Assembly: GCA_937903605.1 (NCBI GenBank)
Contig: CALCZC010000007.1
Span: forward strand, 37,982-101,981
Source of the DNA: an uncultured bacterium
GTDB lineage: Bacteria > Patescibacteriota > Patescibacteriia > Magasanikbacterales > GWA2-37-8
DNA length: 64,000 nucleotides
Direction of reading: 5' to 3'
Shown here: one piece after another, positions 46,620 to 57,962 of the stretch
Position numbering within the stretch: the stretch's first letter is position 1
How the letters are laid out: every line of letters starts with the position of its first letter
Program-made: the position numbers and the translations under genes
Notes under the pieces: model-generated
The model's database searches: none
What the model was told of the DNA's origin: nothing
Seen by the model: only the letters and a program-made list of their open reading frames with translations

Positions 46620-48197
46620 TTATATCAGACTTCTCCCATTCATCTCTTCCGGTTGCGACAATCCCAACAAAGCCAGCACTGTCGGCGCTACATCAGCCAG
46701 CATGCCAACCGGTGAAAGCAGACTTAAATCCCCTTCCGGCGGATCTCCGGCCGGACCGGCTTGACCCAAGAAATCATTACTGACTATGTAAAGCGGCACC
46801 GGATTGGTAGAATGTTCTTTGTCCATCCCGCCGGTTTGCAAATTAAAAACTTCCTCGGCGTTACCATGATCGGCAGTCATCACCAAAACTCCGTTTTTCA
46901 ATAAAATTTTATCTACGATACTACCTAGACATTTATCAATGGTTTCCACGGCTTTTATGGTGGCTTCCAAATTACCGGTATGTCCAACCATATCGCCATT
47001 GGCAAAATTTACCGCAATAAAATCATGTTTTCCTTCATCTATCACTTCTAAAATCTTTTTAGTAATTTCATAAGCCGCCATTTCCGGTACATCCTCAAAC
47101 GAAGAAACTTTGGGAGACGGAGCGATAAACCTATCTTCCCCAGGATAGGGTTCTTCCACCATTCCGTTTAGAAAAAAGGTGATGTGAGCATATTTTGTTG
47201 TTTCTGCAATATGATATTGTTTTAGACCAGCTCGACTGACCACTTCCGCCAAGACATTACGCAATACTATCGGTTTATAAGCTATTTCTACTGGTAGTTC
47301 TTTTTCATATTCGGTCATGGTCGCAAAAAACAAATTATTTATTTTTTTTCTGGGAAATTTATCAAAACTCGGCAGAACAAAAGCTTTGGTCAATTGTCTG
47401 GCTCGGTCAGGACGAAAATTATAAAAAATGACTGCATCGTTATCTTCTATCAACGCTACTGGTTTTTCTTTTTCTGTAATCAAAGTAGGAATAAATTCTT
47501 CATCGTAATTTTTTTCAACATAAGAAGATTCAATTGCTTCAAGCGGATCTTTGTTTTTCCTTTGGGCCACACCCTCAACCAGCATCTTATAAGTTTTTTC
47601 AGTTCTATCCCATTGATTATCTCTATCCATAGCATAATAGCGACCGCTCAAACTGGCGATTTTACCTATTTTAAATTCTTTTATTTTTTCTTGCAATTGT
47701 TGTGTAAAAACCTTGCCGGAATTATAGATAGAATCTCGCCCGTCCAAAAAAGTTTGAATAAAGACATTATTTTTCAAGCCGTTTTCTTTTGCCATTTTCA
47801 AAAGAGCATATAAATGATCCGGACTACTATGGGTTTTACCGCCAATGAGCCCCATCAAATGCAGTTTTGAATTATGTTTTTTCACATGTTCTATCGCTTG
47901 TAAAAAAACCGGATTTTGAAAAAACCTGCCGCTCTCTATCTCATTATCAATACGCGGCAAAGTTTGATAATAAACTCGACCAGCTCCAATATTTAAATGT
48001 CCAACCTCGGAATTTCCCATTTCACCAAAACTCAAACCAACATCCGTGCCGGAGGCTTGTAAAGTAGAAACGGGATATGATTTGCAAAGTTGATCTAGAG
48101 TTGGAGTTTTGGCCAAAGCAATAGCATTACCCGGACCCTTCGGCGCCACTCCCCAGCCGTCTAATATCACTAATACTACTGGTCGATATTTATACAT
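46620..48197 (-). CDS. gpmI: 2,3-bisphosphoglycerate-independent phosphoglycerate mutase (copy 1)
   Basis: ILDGWG, MGNSEVGH, GRYYAMDRD, NFRPDRAR, DMVGHTG, TADHGN. Confidence 0.96.
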   Translation of the reverse strand: MYKYRPVVLVILDGWGVAPKGPGNAIALAKTPTLDQLCKSYPVSTLQASGTDVGLSFGEMGNSEVGHLNIGAGRVYYQTLPRIDNEIESGRFFQNPVFLQAIEHVKKHNSKLHLMGLIGGKTHSSPDHLYALLKMAKENGLKNNVFIQTFLDGRDSIYNSGKVFTQQLQEKIKEFKIGKIASLSGRYYAMDRDNQWDRTEKTYKMLVEGVAQRKNKDPLEAIESSYVEKNYDEEFIPTLITEKEKPVALIEDNDAVIFYNFRPDRARQLTKAFVLPSFDKFPRKKINNLFFATMTEYEKELPVEIAYKPIVLRNVLAEVVSRAGLKQYHIAETTKYAHITFFLNGMVEEPYPGEDRFIAPSPKVSSFEDVPEMAAYEITKKILEVIDEGKHDFIAVNFANGDMVGHTGNLEATIKAVETIDKCLGSIVDKILLKNGVLVMTADHGNAEEVFNLQTGGMDKEHSTNPVPLYIVSNDFLGQAGPAGDPPEGDLSLLSPVGMLADVAPTVLALLGLSQPEEMNGRSLI

Positions 48198-48225
48198 AGA
48201 AAATTTAAAATTCAAAATTCAAAAT

Positions 48226-49788
48226 TTATAACAGACTTTTTCCTGTCATTTCTTTGGGTTTTTTGAGACCCATCAATTTCAAAATTGTTGGAGCAACATC
48301 AGCCAATTTACCTTTTGATAATCTTTTTTTCTTTTTATAATATTCTTTTCCGGCAATGATAAATGGTACGGGATTGTTGGAATGCTCTGTATCAATTTCT
48401 CCGGTTTTGATATTTATCATTTCTTCCACATTACCGTGATCGGCGGTGATCAAAACAGTTATTTTATTTTTTTCCGCCGCTTTTAATAATCTGTTTACTT
48501 CTTCGTCAATATTTTTAACCGCCAAAATTCCAGCCTGTAAATCCCCAGTATGGGCCACCATGTCTGGATTGGGATAATTGACACAAATAAAATTATATTC
48601 TTTTTTTTCTATTTCTTTGATTATAACGTCGGTCATTTCTTTGGAGCTCATTTGAGGACAAGTGGCATAATTATCCACTACCTTACTTTCTATTTTGATC
48701 CAACGTTCATCACAAAAATGTCTGGCATAACCGCCATTAAAAAAATAAGTAACATGAGCATATTTTTCAGTCTCGGAAATATATAGTTGTTTGAGCGGAC
48801 ACAAAACCTGCGGTAAACTATTTATCACATCGCGAGACGGAAAAGCGGTCAAAACTCCTGGTAGATCCGGCCCAAAATCAGACATAGCCACAAAACGAAT
48901 ATTTTTGGGAATTCTGGTACGACGAAAAGCGTTGGGGTTTATTTTTTCAAAATCAGGTTGGACGAAAGCTTTAGTCAGTTGTCGCGCCCTATCACTTCTC
49001 AAATTAAAAAAGAAGATGGCATCATTATCATTAATTTTGGCAATGGGTTTACCTTTTTCTAAAATCACGGTCGGTTTAATAAATTCGTCGGTTTCTCCGG
49101 AATTATAAGCCTGGGTCAGTGCATCTGTAGGTGAATTTGCTGTTCGACAACTTCGACATTCTACCAAAGCATCGTAGGCCTTTTTGATTCTCTCCCAATT
49201 TTTACCTCTATCCATGCCATAAAAACGACCGAGAATAGTGGCAATTTTTTCATTTCCATGAAATCTTTCTTTCAAAAGTTTTAGGTGTTGAGGGGCGTTA
49301 TGTTGTCCAGAATCGCGCCCATCAGTAAAAAGGTGTAAATAAACTTTTTGAATTTTTTCTTGATGAAAATAATCAAGCAATGCATATAAATGTTCGGGAC
49401 AAGAATGAGCGCTGTTATGATTGGAAAGTAAACCGACAAGGTGAACAGCAGTATTATATTTTCTGACATGATGTAGGACTTGGTCAAAAGCCGGATTTTT
49501 GAAAAAGGTACCGTCATCAATAGCGTCACTGATATAGACCGCGTCTTGTTTTACTACTCGACCGGCACCCAAATTCATGTGTCCGGCTTCACTGTTCCCG
49601 TCTTCATTTTTAAAAAGACCCACAGCTTCTCCACTAGCTTCAAGTTTTGTATTTGGATAATCTTTTAACCAACGAAAATAATTCGGGGCATTCTCAGGCG
49701 TCACCGGATTTCCTTTGTTTTTTAATTCGGCAATTCCCCATCCATCCATTATAACCAACATTACCGAATTTTTATTATTCTTTTGCAT
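48226..49788 (-). CDS. gpmI: 2,3-bisphosphoglycerate-independent phosphoglycerate mutase (copy 2)
   Basis: [42 protein letters not shown]. Confidence 0.93.
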   Translation of the reverse strand: MQKNNKNSVMLVIMDGWGIAELKNKGNPVTPENAPNYFRWLKDYPNTKLEASGEAVGLFKNEDGNSEAGHMNLGAGRVVKQDAVYISDAIDDGTFFKNPAFDQVLHHVRKYNTAVHLVGLLSNHNSAHSCPEHLYALLDYFHQEKIQKVYLHLFTDGRDSGQHNAPQHLKLLKERFHGNEKIATILGRFYGMDRGKNWERIKKAYDALVECRSCRTANSPTDALTQAYNSGETDEFIKPTVILEKGKPIAKINDNDAIFFFNLRSDRARQLTKAFVQPDFEKINPNAFRRTRIPKNIRFVAMSDFGPDLPGVLTAFPSRDVINSLPQVLCPLKQLYISETEKYAHVTYFFNGGYARHFCDERWIKIESKVVDNYATCPQMSSKEMTDVIIKEIEKKEYNFICVNYPNPDMVAHTGDLQAGILAVKNIDEEVNRLLKAAEKNKITVLITADHGNVEEMINIKTGEIDTEHSNNPVPFIIAGKEYYKKKKRLSKGKLADVAPTILKLMGLKKPKEMTGKSLL

Positions 49789-51043
49789 ACTTCTTCAAAT
49801 TTTTTAACTCACTCTCTATCTCCATCAATCTGTTATATTTTTCAACCCTTTCCGAACGCGATAATGACCCGGTCTTTATTCCGTTGGCGTTTACCGCTAC
49901 TGCCAAATCCGCTATGAAAGTATCCGCAGTCTCGCCGCTGCGATGGGAAATTATCGTTTTATAACCGGCGTCTTTGGCCATTTGTATTGTTTTCATGGTT
50001 TCGGAAAGAGTTCCAATTTGATTAACTTTTATCAAAATACTGTTGGCCACTCCTTGTCTGATACCTTCGGAGAAAATTTCCGGATTGGTGACAAAAATAT
50101 CATCTCCGACCAAAGCCATTTTTTCGTCAAATTTAACGGTTAAAACTTTCCAACCTTGCCAATCTTTTTCGCTCAAACCGTCTTCTATCAATCTTAAAGC
50201 CGGATATTTTCTAATCCAAGTTTCATAAACTTTTATCATTTGGTCGGAATTTAAGGTTTTGCCTTTTTCAAAATAATATTTATCATTTTCAAAAAATTCC
50301 GAAGCGGCCACATCCATACCCAAATAAACATCCTCCCCCGGTTTGTATCCGGATTTTTTGACAGCTTCCAAAATTATTTTTAAAGCCGCTTCATTATTTG
50401 GCAACTGCGGAGCAAATCCGCCTTCATCTCCTACCGAAGTAACATATTTTTTTTCTTTGAGTATTTTCTTCAATGTATGGAATATTTCCGCACCCATTCT
50501 GACAGTCTCGCTAAATCTTTTATTCTTCGGCCCGATCATAAATTCTTGAATAGACAAACCGCTGTCCGCGTGGGCTCCGCCGTTGATTATATTCATTATC
50601 GGCTGAGGCATAATAAAATTTTGCTCTGTAATTTTGTATATTTTACGCAAATATTTATAAAGCGGCATTTTGGCATTTAAAGCTCCGGCCCTAGCGCAAG
50701 CCAAAGAAACCGACAAAATAGCGTTGGCCCCAAGACGACTTTTGTTTTTGGTTCCATCAAGCTTAATCATCTTGGCATCTATTTCTTGAATTTTATCAAT
50801 TTCCATTCCGACAACCGCTTTGGCAATTTTTTCATTAACGTTTTTTACAGCCTTGAGAACACCCTTACCTGCGTATCGTTTACCACCATCACGCAGTTCC
50901 AAAGCCTCCCGAGTACCTGTAGAAGCACCGGATGGAACCGCTGCCACAGCTTCTAAACCGTTTTGTAAAATAACTTTGGTTTCCACAGTTGGGTTGCCGC
51001 GAGAATCCAAGATTTCTCTAGCTATAATTTTTTTAATTTTCAT
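49775..51043 (-). CDS. eno: Enolase
   Basis: [36 protein letters not shown]. Confidence 0.98.
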   Translation of the reverse strand: MKIKKIIAREILDSRGNPTVETKVILQNGLEAVAAVPSGASTGTREALELRDGGKRYAGKGVLKAVKNVNEKIAKAVVGMEIDKIQEIDAKMIKLDGTKNKSRLGANAILSVSLACARAGALNAKMPLYKYLRKIYKITEQNFIMPQPIMNIINGGAHADSGLSIQEFMIGPKNKRFSETVRMGAEIFHTLKKILKEKKYVTSVGDEGGFAPQLPNNEAALKIILEAVKKSGYKPGEDVYLGMDVAASEFFENDKYYFEKGKTLNSDQMIKVYETWIRKYPALRLIEDGLSEKDWQGWKVLTVKFDEKMALVGDDIFVTNPEIFSEGIRQGVANSILIKVNQIGTLSETMKTIQMAKDAGYKTIISHRSGETADTFIADLAVAVNANGIKTGSLSRSERVEKYNRLMEIESELKNLKKYAKE

Positions 51044-51229
51044 AATTTCTAGGTATGAATAAAGAAATAAAATGTATTTTATTTTTTATGAAGTCTGACG
51101 AATTTTCAAGCTTTGCTTACAAAAATATTCAATATTTAATACTCAATATTAACCTATCAATTATACCACATTTTTACCAAAATAAAAGACCTCCGCTTTT
51201 TACGGAGATCTTTTTTATTTTTAATTTTT

Positions 51230-52090
51230 TTATCTCACTATTTCGTAAGTTACATTTACATTCATAACCACATCTTTACTACCACCAGCAGTAACTTCCG
51301 GTGCGTAGCCACCACCGATTCCACCGCCTTCAGCTCCCATGAAACTGCGAGAATAATAGGCATCATTGGTTGCTTCGTATTCGCTATAATACATTACACT
51401 ACCCAATTTTAATCCTAAATTATTGGCTAAAATTTGAGCTTTTTCTTTAGCATCGCTCAAAGCTTTTTCTCTGGCTTCTTTCTTGAGATTTTCAGGATCA
51501 TCAATGGTAAAGTTCAAACCACTTACTTCATTAGCGCCATATTTACCGGCTAAATTTAAAACTTCATTTACTTTGGATAAATCGCGAATTTTAACGGTAA
51601 TATTATGAGTCACTTTATAACCTTTTAGTACAGAGCCTTTATCTTGAGTATAATTATATTCAGGATAAATCATGTAATTACTTTGTAAATCTTTGTCTTC
51701 GATACCCAGCTGATTTAAATCGGCCATTACTTTGTCCATTACTTTTTTATTTTCACTTTGGGCAATACTGACTTCTTTGTCGGTATTACTAAAACCGATA
51801 GTGGTCACGGCGATATCGTTGCGACCGGTAACTTTACCATAACCATTGATAGAAATACTACGTTCATTTTGCGGAGCTTTACCGATAAATTGATAAGATT
51901 TAAAGGTGTTGCGACTAAGCGCTCCAACATAAAAAATACCGTAAAGTAAAAAGACGGCCAAAAAAATCATAATGATTTTTTTACCATATACATACCCGCA
52001 AGATTTGCAGGAATACGAACAATCCGCTCCGCAGCCGGCTTTTTTGATTGCAAGCGCGACCGGTGTCGTAATCTTTGGGTTAATAGGCAT
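51230..52090 (-). CDS. SIMPL-domain (DUF541/YggE) protein
   Basis: ISINGYGKV...DIA, PEYNY, GY.VTH...VKIRD, REKALSDAKEKA. Confidence 0.88.
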   Translation of the reverse strand: MPINPKITTPVALAIKKAGCGADCSYSCKSCGYVYGKKIIMIFLAVFLLYGIFYVGALSRNTFKSYQFIGKAPQNERSISINGYGKVTGRNDIAVTTIGFSNTDKEVSIAQSENKKVMDKVMADLNQLGIEDKDLQSNYMIYPEYNYTQDKGSVLKGYKVTHNITVKIRDLSKVNEVLNLAGKYGANEVSGLNFTIDDPENLKKEAREKALSDAKEKAQILANNLGLKLGSVMYYSEYEATNDAYYSRSFMGAEGGGIGGGYAPEVTAGGSKDVVMNVNVTYEIVR

Positions 52091-52208
52091 AAAACCTCCT
52101 ATTTTCTTTTTATCGGGCGACAAAAAGAAAAATAAATTAAATAAATTATTTATGTTTTAATTATAACACTATTTTATTTTTTTGTCATCAAGGTTCGGGT
52201 AATAATCT

Positions 52209-54320
52209 TTATTTAGACTCTTTCAAAAACTCCACTTCTCCAACTTTTTCCCAATTTTTCTCGTCATATACCGTAATCTTTTCATCGCTGATAATATAAA
52301 GATAATCTTCCAAGTATATAGCTCTTTTCACATTTGTCGCACTAAGAGACTTTTTTAGAACCAAATTATTGTTTTCGTAGCTAAAGACATAACCACCTTT
52401 TGAAGCCGGGATAAAGAATATTTTATGTTTATCATCTTGCAAGAAAGCACGGTGGTTATTTAGAGCTTCCGACCAATATTCGTTTAACGTATATTTGGAA
52501 ACTTCTGTGGGATTTTCAGGACTACTGGCATCAAAAATAGAAATTTTAACTTTACTGTCTTCACGACCTATACCCAAAACTTTGTGATTACCAAGCGGAT
52601 GTAAATAAGATGAATATCCTGGAATCTTCAATTCTCCCTTTAAAGCCGGGTTCCTGGGGTCAGCCAAATTTAACACATAAAAAGGATCAGTTTCGCGAAA
52701 GGTTACTACATATCCCCTGTCTTCTACAAAACGAACTGAATAAATTCTTTCTGTTTCGCCTAAATCTTTTACAGATCCTTGGACTTTCAAATTTTCATCC
52801 AAAACATAAACATCACTGACGGTTTTGGTGCTGTTTCTAAAACCGGCAAACCATTGTTCTCCGATGGTTGTCGCTATCCTCAAACTTCCTTTATATTCGT
52901 CCATGGAAAATTGATTTAACGGATGTCCGGCCACCACACCGGTTTTTGCTACAAAATCTTTTAAACCTATTTTAACTATACCGGTCTTATCAAATTCACG
53001 ACGATTTTTCAAATAATACTTTTCCGCTCTATTACCAACTTCGTTCTCAAAAGTTAAAGCTTCGTCTTTGGATAAAGATTCCATAAATTTTGTAGCCAAA
53101 TAACTAAGCTCGGTTGTTTTGGCAGATTGACTCAGGTCATATCCGCGAACTTTTTCCAATTTTTCAATCAACCAAGTCGGTGCCAAATCTTTATTTTCCA
53201 TGATAAAATCAAAGGCCATTTCAAAATAATCAAGAGGTATTCTATAAGTCAAATACATAGCGTTCTCTGACATATAAAAAACAGAATCACTCGAAGAACC
53301 AACAAAAGAAGTTTTCTTTTCAACTTTACCTGTCGCAGTATCCAAAACTACAAAATTGAACACTGTGTCTGATGAATCAGAAACTGTAGGATAATAAATA
53401 TCGGTACAATTTATTATTACTTCTTCTTGACCGACAGTTAACGGCTTGATTGGACAAGGAGTGTTACGTGAAACATAATTATTGGTAATGAGATATATTT
53501 TACCATTCAACAACCTGGCGTCTTTAAATTGTTCATCCTCTGATAGTTTGGCTTGCCACTTTTCTTTGGGATTTGTCTTATCAGAAACGTCATAGGCGGT
53601 TATCAAACTATAACCACGCCAATCCCAATATTTTTCTTCCGGATAGGAAAAAACTATCAAAGTATTGTTGGTCAAAAGTAGGTCTCCATTCTTATTAATT
53701 TTAGAATCATTTTTTAGATTATTCAAAGGAAAAGCGTTTACTAAAAAAGTGCCGCCAGAAACTCTATACGACATATCACGATAAAAACCGGCATCTGCAT
53801 CCCAAACATTGTTATAGGCATAGGAACCTTCTTTTGAAAAAAATATTTCTTTTCCATCGGTTTTTACAATATCCGGTTCATCAATGCCCGCAACCTGCAC
53901 ATTTGTTTCTGAAAAACGCCCGGCGGACTGACTGCTTTCTGAAGAAGACAATCCTGTTTTTTCACTCAAACCCAAAGCATCTGATGCTCCGCCCATATCC
54001 ATAGCGGCCGTTGGCATAAAACTCTCATTTCTTGAACCAAAACTAATTCCGCCATAATAACTTTGATTTTCTTGTTGTTTGGTCAAATATTGTTTGAATT
54101 CTTCCGCTGAAGCGAATTTTTTAATCTCGGCTTTTTCAGATATTTTAGTATTTTCCGTTTGTTCTATCTGTTTTGTTTTTTTATTTTCTTCGGTTATTTT
54201 TTCATCAACCGGTCTAAATTTTGTTGTGTATAACAAAACGAGACTACCTGCGATACAAACGGTAGTTATAACTCCCAAAATTATAAAGCCGGTCTTGAGA
54301 CTTATATCTTTTTGAAACAT
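52209..54320 (-). CDS. Membrane-anchored beta-propeller-domain protein (Beta_propel family)
   Basis: FSETNVQVAGIDEPDIVKTDG, LNQFSMDEY, ERIYSVRF, VTFRETDPF, LKIPGYSSYLHP. Confidence 0.9.
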   Translation of the reverse strand: MFQKDISLKTGFIILGVITTVCIAGSLVLLYTTKFRPVDEKITEENKKTKQIEQTENTKISEKAEIKKFASAEEFKQYLTKQQENQSYYGGISFGSRNESFMPTAAMDMGGASDALGLSEKTGLSSSESSQSAGRFSETNVQVAGIDEPDIVKTDGKEIFFSKEGSYAYNNVWDADAGFYRDMSYRVSGGTFLVNAFPLNNLKNDSKINKNGDLLLTNNTLIVFSYPEEKYWDWRGYSLITAYDVSDKTNPKEKWQAKLSEDEQFKDARLLNGKIYLITNNYVSRNTPCPIKPLTVGQEEVIINCTDIYYPTVSDSSDTVFNFVVLDTATGKVEKKTSFVGSSSDSVFYMSENAMYLTYRIPLDYFEMAFDFIMENKDLAPTWLIEKLEKVRGYDLSQSAKTTELSYLATKFMESLSKDEALTFENEVGNRAEKYYLKNRREFDKTGIVKIGLKDFVAKTGVVAGHPLNQFSMDEYKGSLRIATTIGEQWFAGFRNSTKTVSDVYVLDENLKVQGSVKDLGETERIYSVRFVEDRGYVVTFRETDPFYVLNLADPRNPALKGELKIPGYSSYLHPLGNHKVLGIGREDSKVKISIFDASSPENPTEVSKYTLNEYWSEALNNHRAFLQDDKHKIFFIPASKGGYVFSYENNNLVLKKSLSATNVKRAIYLEDYLYIISDEKITVYDEKNWEKVGEVEFLKESK

Positions 54321-54334
54321 ATTTTTAAAATTAC

Positions 54335-55534
54335 TTATTTAGTTACGATTTTAACTCCGGGTAATTTTTTACCGCTAAGGTATTCCAACATCGCTCCCCC
54401 GCCGGTGCTGACCAAATCTATATCATCCATTAATTCAAGTTTTTTCAAAACTTCTACAGTTTCTCCCCCGCCACAAACTCCGAAAGCCGGGCCTTTGGAT
54501 TTGGCGGCAAATAAACGAGCCATCGCATAGGTACCATATTCATAAGGATGTTGTTCAAAATATCCCATAGCACCATTCCAGACAAGCGTTTTGGCTTTTT
54601 TGATAATTTGTGCAAAATGACTGACGGTCTTAGGACCAATATCAAAAATGGCTTCTGTTTTTTTAAGTATAATTTTTTTATCAGTATCTACAATACTGCA
54701 TTTTTCTCCCTTATTTGTGCCAACTATAAAATCAAGTGGCATGATAACATTTTTCTTTTTACCATAAAAAAGAGCTTCCTTTTTATGATCTTTGTCAAAA
54801 AGCGAATTGCCAATTTGGGCGCCCTTGGCAAAGTAATACGTATTGGCTATTCCTCCCCCTACCAAGATATAATGCGCAGAACTGCCAAATTGTTTCAAAA
54901 GAGGTATTTTGGTTTCCATCTTTGCCCCACCCAACACAACCACGAAGGGTTTTTTGGGTTTTTTTATAATTCGTTCCAAGCCCGAAACTTCCTCTTCCAT
55001 CAGTAAACCGGCCACAGACGACAAATGTTTGGCAATACCGGTAACAGTCGCTGCGTCACGATGAGCAACGGCAAAACCATCCAAAACAAAAATGTCTCCC
55101 AGAGCGGCAAACTTTTTTGCGACAACTTTATCGTTTTTTTCTTCGCCTTTGACAAAGCGGACATTTTCCAAAACCAGCACTTCGCCGTTTTCCAGCTTAG
55201 CAGTCAAATTTTGCGCTTCCGACCAATAATTTTCCGGGGTTTTTTTGATCTTATTAAAATCGCTAATTTTAACTTCTTTTTTCAAAATTTCTGACAATGC
55301 TTTGGCTACCGGTTTCAAGCTCAGATTTTTATCCACCCCATCCGGACGACCCAAGTGACTTAATAAAATAACTTTAGCACCTTTGTTAATCAAAAAATTT
55401 ATTGTGGGTAAACTTTTTTCTATTTTATACAGTTCTTTGATTTTCCCGTTTTTGATAGGAACGTTAAAATCGGCGCGGACCAAAACGCGCTTGCCTTTGA
55501 AATTTTTGATTGATTTGAGAGTTTTGATTTGCAT
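54335..55534 (-). CDS. pgk: Phosphoglycerate kinase
   Basis: RADFNVP, SHLGRP, LENVRF, LGGAK, WNGAMG, STGGGAMLE. Confidence 0.98.
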   Translation of the reverse strand: MQIKTLKSIKNFKGKRVLVRADFNVPIKNGKIKELYKIEKSLPTINFLINKGAKVILLSHLGRPDGVDKNLSLKPVAKALSEILKKEVKISDFNKIKKTPENYWSEAQNLTAKLENGEVLVLENVRFVKGEEKNDKVVAKKFAALGDIFVLDGFAVAHRDAATVTGIAKHLSSVAGLLMEEEVSGLERIIKKPKKPFVVVLGGAKMETKIPLLKQFGSSAHYILVGGGIANTYYFAKGAQIGNSLFDKDHKKEALFYGKKKNVIMPLDFIVGTNKGEKCSIVDTDKKIILKKTEAIFDIGPKTVSHFAQIIKKAKTLVWNGAMGYFEQHPYEYGTYAMARLFAAKSKGPAFGVCGGGETVEVLKKLELMDDIDLVSTGGGAMLEYLSGKKLPGVKIVTK

Positions 55535-55660
55535 AGACAAAAATATTGAATATTAAATATTGGATATTACTTTTCTTAAAAAACAATATTCAATATCCAG
55601 TATTCAATATTAAATCAGGCTTTTTAAAAGTATACCACAAATAAACAAACTAGACCAAAG

Positions 55661-56680
55661 TTATCTAATCAATTCAACGTAGCCTTCTTCATCCGGCCAA
55701 AGATAGTTGTCAAAAATCCAATCCGCCAGATCGCGGGCTTCAGAAAACCTAGCCTCACTATTTTGCGCTCCCAAAACTACCACAATAATTTGGTGGTCTT
55801 TTTTATCTGCCAAGCGTACAACAAAATTATAACCGGAATCATAAATAAAACCTGTTTTACCGACAATTTTATCCATTGGAAATTCATTTGGCATCCATTT
55901 GGTCAAAAGCCAATTGGTGCTATATACTTGTCGCGGTTTTTCATTATTGAGCGGCTTGGTGGTGTATTGTCCGATTTGCAGACTTTTCAATATTTTTTCC
56001 GATTTTAGAGCTTCTTTAAGCAACCCCGCCACATCTTTGGCATTACCGACATTACCCGATCCCAAACCAGTCGGTTCAGTAAAAAACAAAGAACTTAGGT
56101 TCAATTCTTTGGCTTTGTTATTCATCATTTCTACAAATTTTTCTGGGGTTACGCCACTGTTTCTAACTAAAGCTTTTATAGCACTGTTGGCAGAACTTAC
56201 CAAAGCCACATTCCAAAGATCGCTTAGTTTTAAATTATCTCCCGGTTTTAACTGGTGAGAAGAAGAATCACAATCTGCATCCAAAATCAGAGTAGAAGAA
56301 TTCCAATCTATCGGCAAATCCAGTAACACCATCATCGTCATCAGTTTGGTAATACTGGCCAAAGACCGAACATTCTGACTGTTTTTTTCAAAAAGTTGTT
56401 TATCACTTTGTACATCAACAATCAAAATTGAAGCTGCCGTACTAGTGCCGGTAAACAAAAGTTCGTTTTTAACCAAAGGCCAAGCCGGCTTACTAAGAGG
56501 AAATTTATCCAGGGATTTTTCTAAAAAATTTGTTTCTTTTCTAATATCAGAAGCGGGAAATAATTTTTTTTCTATATTATTTTCTATTGTAACAGAAAAA
56601 ATAAACAATAAAAAAAGACCGATAAACATCAGACCAAAAGAAAAAAAGAAGTCTATAAATTTTTGTGGTATTTTTATCAC
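55661..56680 (-). CDS. D-alanyl-D-alanine carboxypeptidase/endopeptidase (peptidase S11)
   Basis: ASITK (SxxK), SAN (SxN) and KTG motifs; N-terminal TM. Confidence 0.9.
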   Translation of the reverse strand: MIKIPQKFIDFFFSFGLMFIGLFLLFIFSVTIENNIEKKLFPASDIRKETNFLEKSLDKFPLSKPAWPLVKNELLFTGTSTAASILIVDVQSDKQLFEKNSQNVRSLASITKLMTMMVLLDLPIDWNSSTLILDADCDSSSHQLKPGDNLKLSDLWNVALVSSANSAIKALVRNSGVTPEKFVEMMNNKAKELNLSSLFFTEPTGLGSGNVGNAKDVAGLLKEALKSEKILKSLQIGQYTTKPLNNEKPRQVYSTNWLLTKWMPNEFPMDKIVGKTGFIYDSGYNFVVRLADKKDHQIIVVVLGAQNSEARFSEARDLADWIFDNYLWPDEEGYVELIR

Positions 56681-56719
56681 GATTTTGTATCTTTATTTTT
56701 TACAACGCTACACGTTGTA

Positions 56720-57271
56720 TTAAGCACGTTCGGTTTCTTCGTTGGATAGGGCTTTCAACATATACTCATGATTGTGTAACATTTCAAAATCAGGCAAATC
56801 TCTAATATCGTTTATTCCCAAGTGTCGCAAATATTCTACTGTAACCTCGTATTTTGGTAAAAGTCCGGTGGGGTCTGCGTGTTCTTTGACCAAACCTCGT
56901 ATCAAGAGGTTGCGTAAAATCAAACTGCAATTAACTCCTCTGATTTGTTCGATTTCCGGTTTAGTGAGTGGTCCACGATAAGAAATCACTGTCAGTGTTT
57001 CCAGTTGTGGCCTGGTCAACTCTCCGCCGATTTCCGCTTTAACAAATTTTTCCGCCGCTTCTTTATTTTCTGCATTACTCACCATCTGACAATCGCCGTT
57101 ATTATTGATAATCACCACTCCTGATTCGGGTGTATTATATTTATTAATCAAATTTTCCAAAGCATTTTGCGCTTCTTTTTCATCGCAGTTTAAAACTTTG
57201 GCGATTTTTTTGGCGTTTAATGGTTTACCGGCTACGAATAAAATAGATTCGATTTGAGAAATTATGGACAT
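56720..57271 (-). CDS. scpB: Segregation and condensation protein B
   Basis: IESILF, LETLTVISYRGPLTKPEIEQIRGVN. Confidence 0.95.
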   Translation of the reverse strand: MSIISQIESILFVAGKPLNAKKIAKVLNCDEKEAQNALENLINKYNTPESGVVIINNNGDCQMVSNAENKEAAEKFVKAEIGGELTRPQLETLTVISYRGPLTKPEIEQIRGVNCSLILRNLLIRGLVKEHADPTGLLPKYEVTVEYLRHLGINDIRDLPDFEMLHNHEYMLKALSNEETERA

Positions 57272-57272
57272 A

Positions 57273-57962
57273 TTATATTTTGTTTATTTCTATATCTTCA
57301 AAACTGTTATTTTGAGTAATAAAAATTTTTTCCGCTTTTAACAATTCCAAAATAGCTAAAAAATTTACAATAACTTCGGTGCGGGAGCCGGCGGTTTTGA
57401 CTATTTCCGAAAAACTGACTTTTTTGGTGGATTTCAATAAATTATAAATACTATCAATTTGGCGTTTAACCGAAATAGATCTGTCTATTTTGATTTGAGG
57501 CAACGGATCTACCGGTTTCAATCTTTTGAGCAATTGTAAATAAGCTGTTTTCAAATCTTCCAGACCGGCATTTTGAGGTAAAACAAAATCTTTGGGAATT
57601 AATGGTGGTTCAAAGCGACCATAAGCCTGTTTTTCTTCATTCCACATTTTATTTATTTTACCACTGGCTTCCAAAAACATTTTATACAAACGCAATTGAT
57701 CGGCCAAATTCGGACCTTCATCTTCTTCGGGCATCAAATAAGGCAATAGTGTTTTTGATTTGAGATAAACTAAACGTGTAGCCACTACCAAAAAATCCGC
57801 CAATTCTTCCGGACATTTTTCTTCCAATTTATTCAAATAATTAAAAAATTGTTCGGTAACTTGAGAAATGGATATTTCACTAATCTCCATTTTTTCTTCT
57901 TCGATCAAACCCAAGAGTAAATCAAGCGGACCGGTAAATTTTTCAAGAATTACTTCTTTCAT
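57273..57962 (-). CDS. scpA: Segregation and condensation protein A
   Basis: FTGPLDLLL.LI, ADFLVVATRLVYLKSK.LLP, FLAILEL. Confidence 0.95.
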   Translation of the reverse strand: MKEVILEKFTGPLDLLLGLIEEEKMEISEISISQVTEQFFNYLNKLEEKCPEELADFLVVATRLVYLKSKTLLPYLMPEEDEGPNLADQLRLYKMFLEASGKINKMWNEEKQAYGRFEPPLIPKDFVLPQNAGLEDLKTAYLQLLKRLKPVDPLPQIKIDRSISVKRQIDSIYNLLKSTKKVSFSEIVKTAGSRTEVIVNFLAILELLKAEKIFITQNNSFEDIEINKI

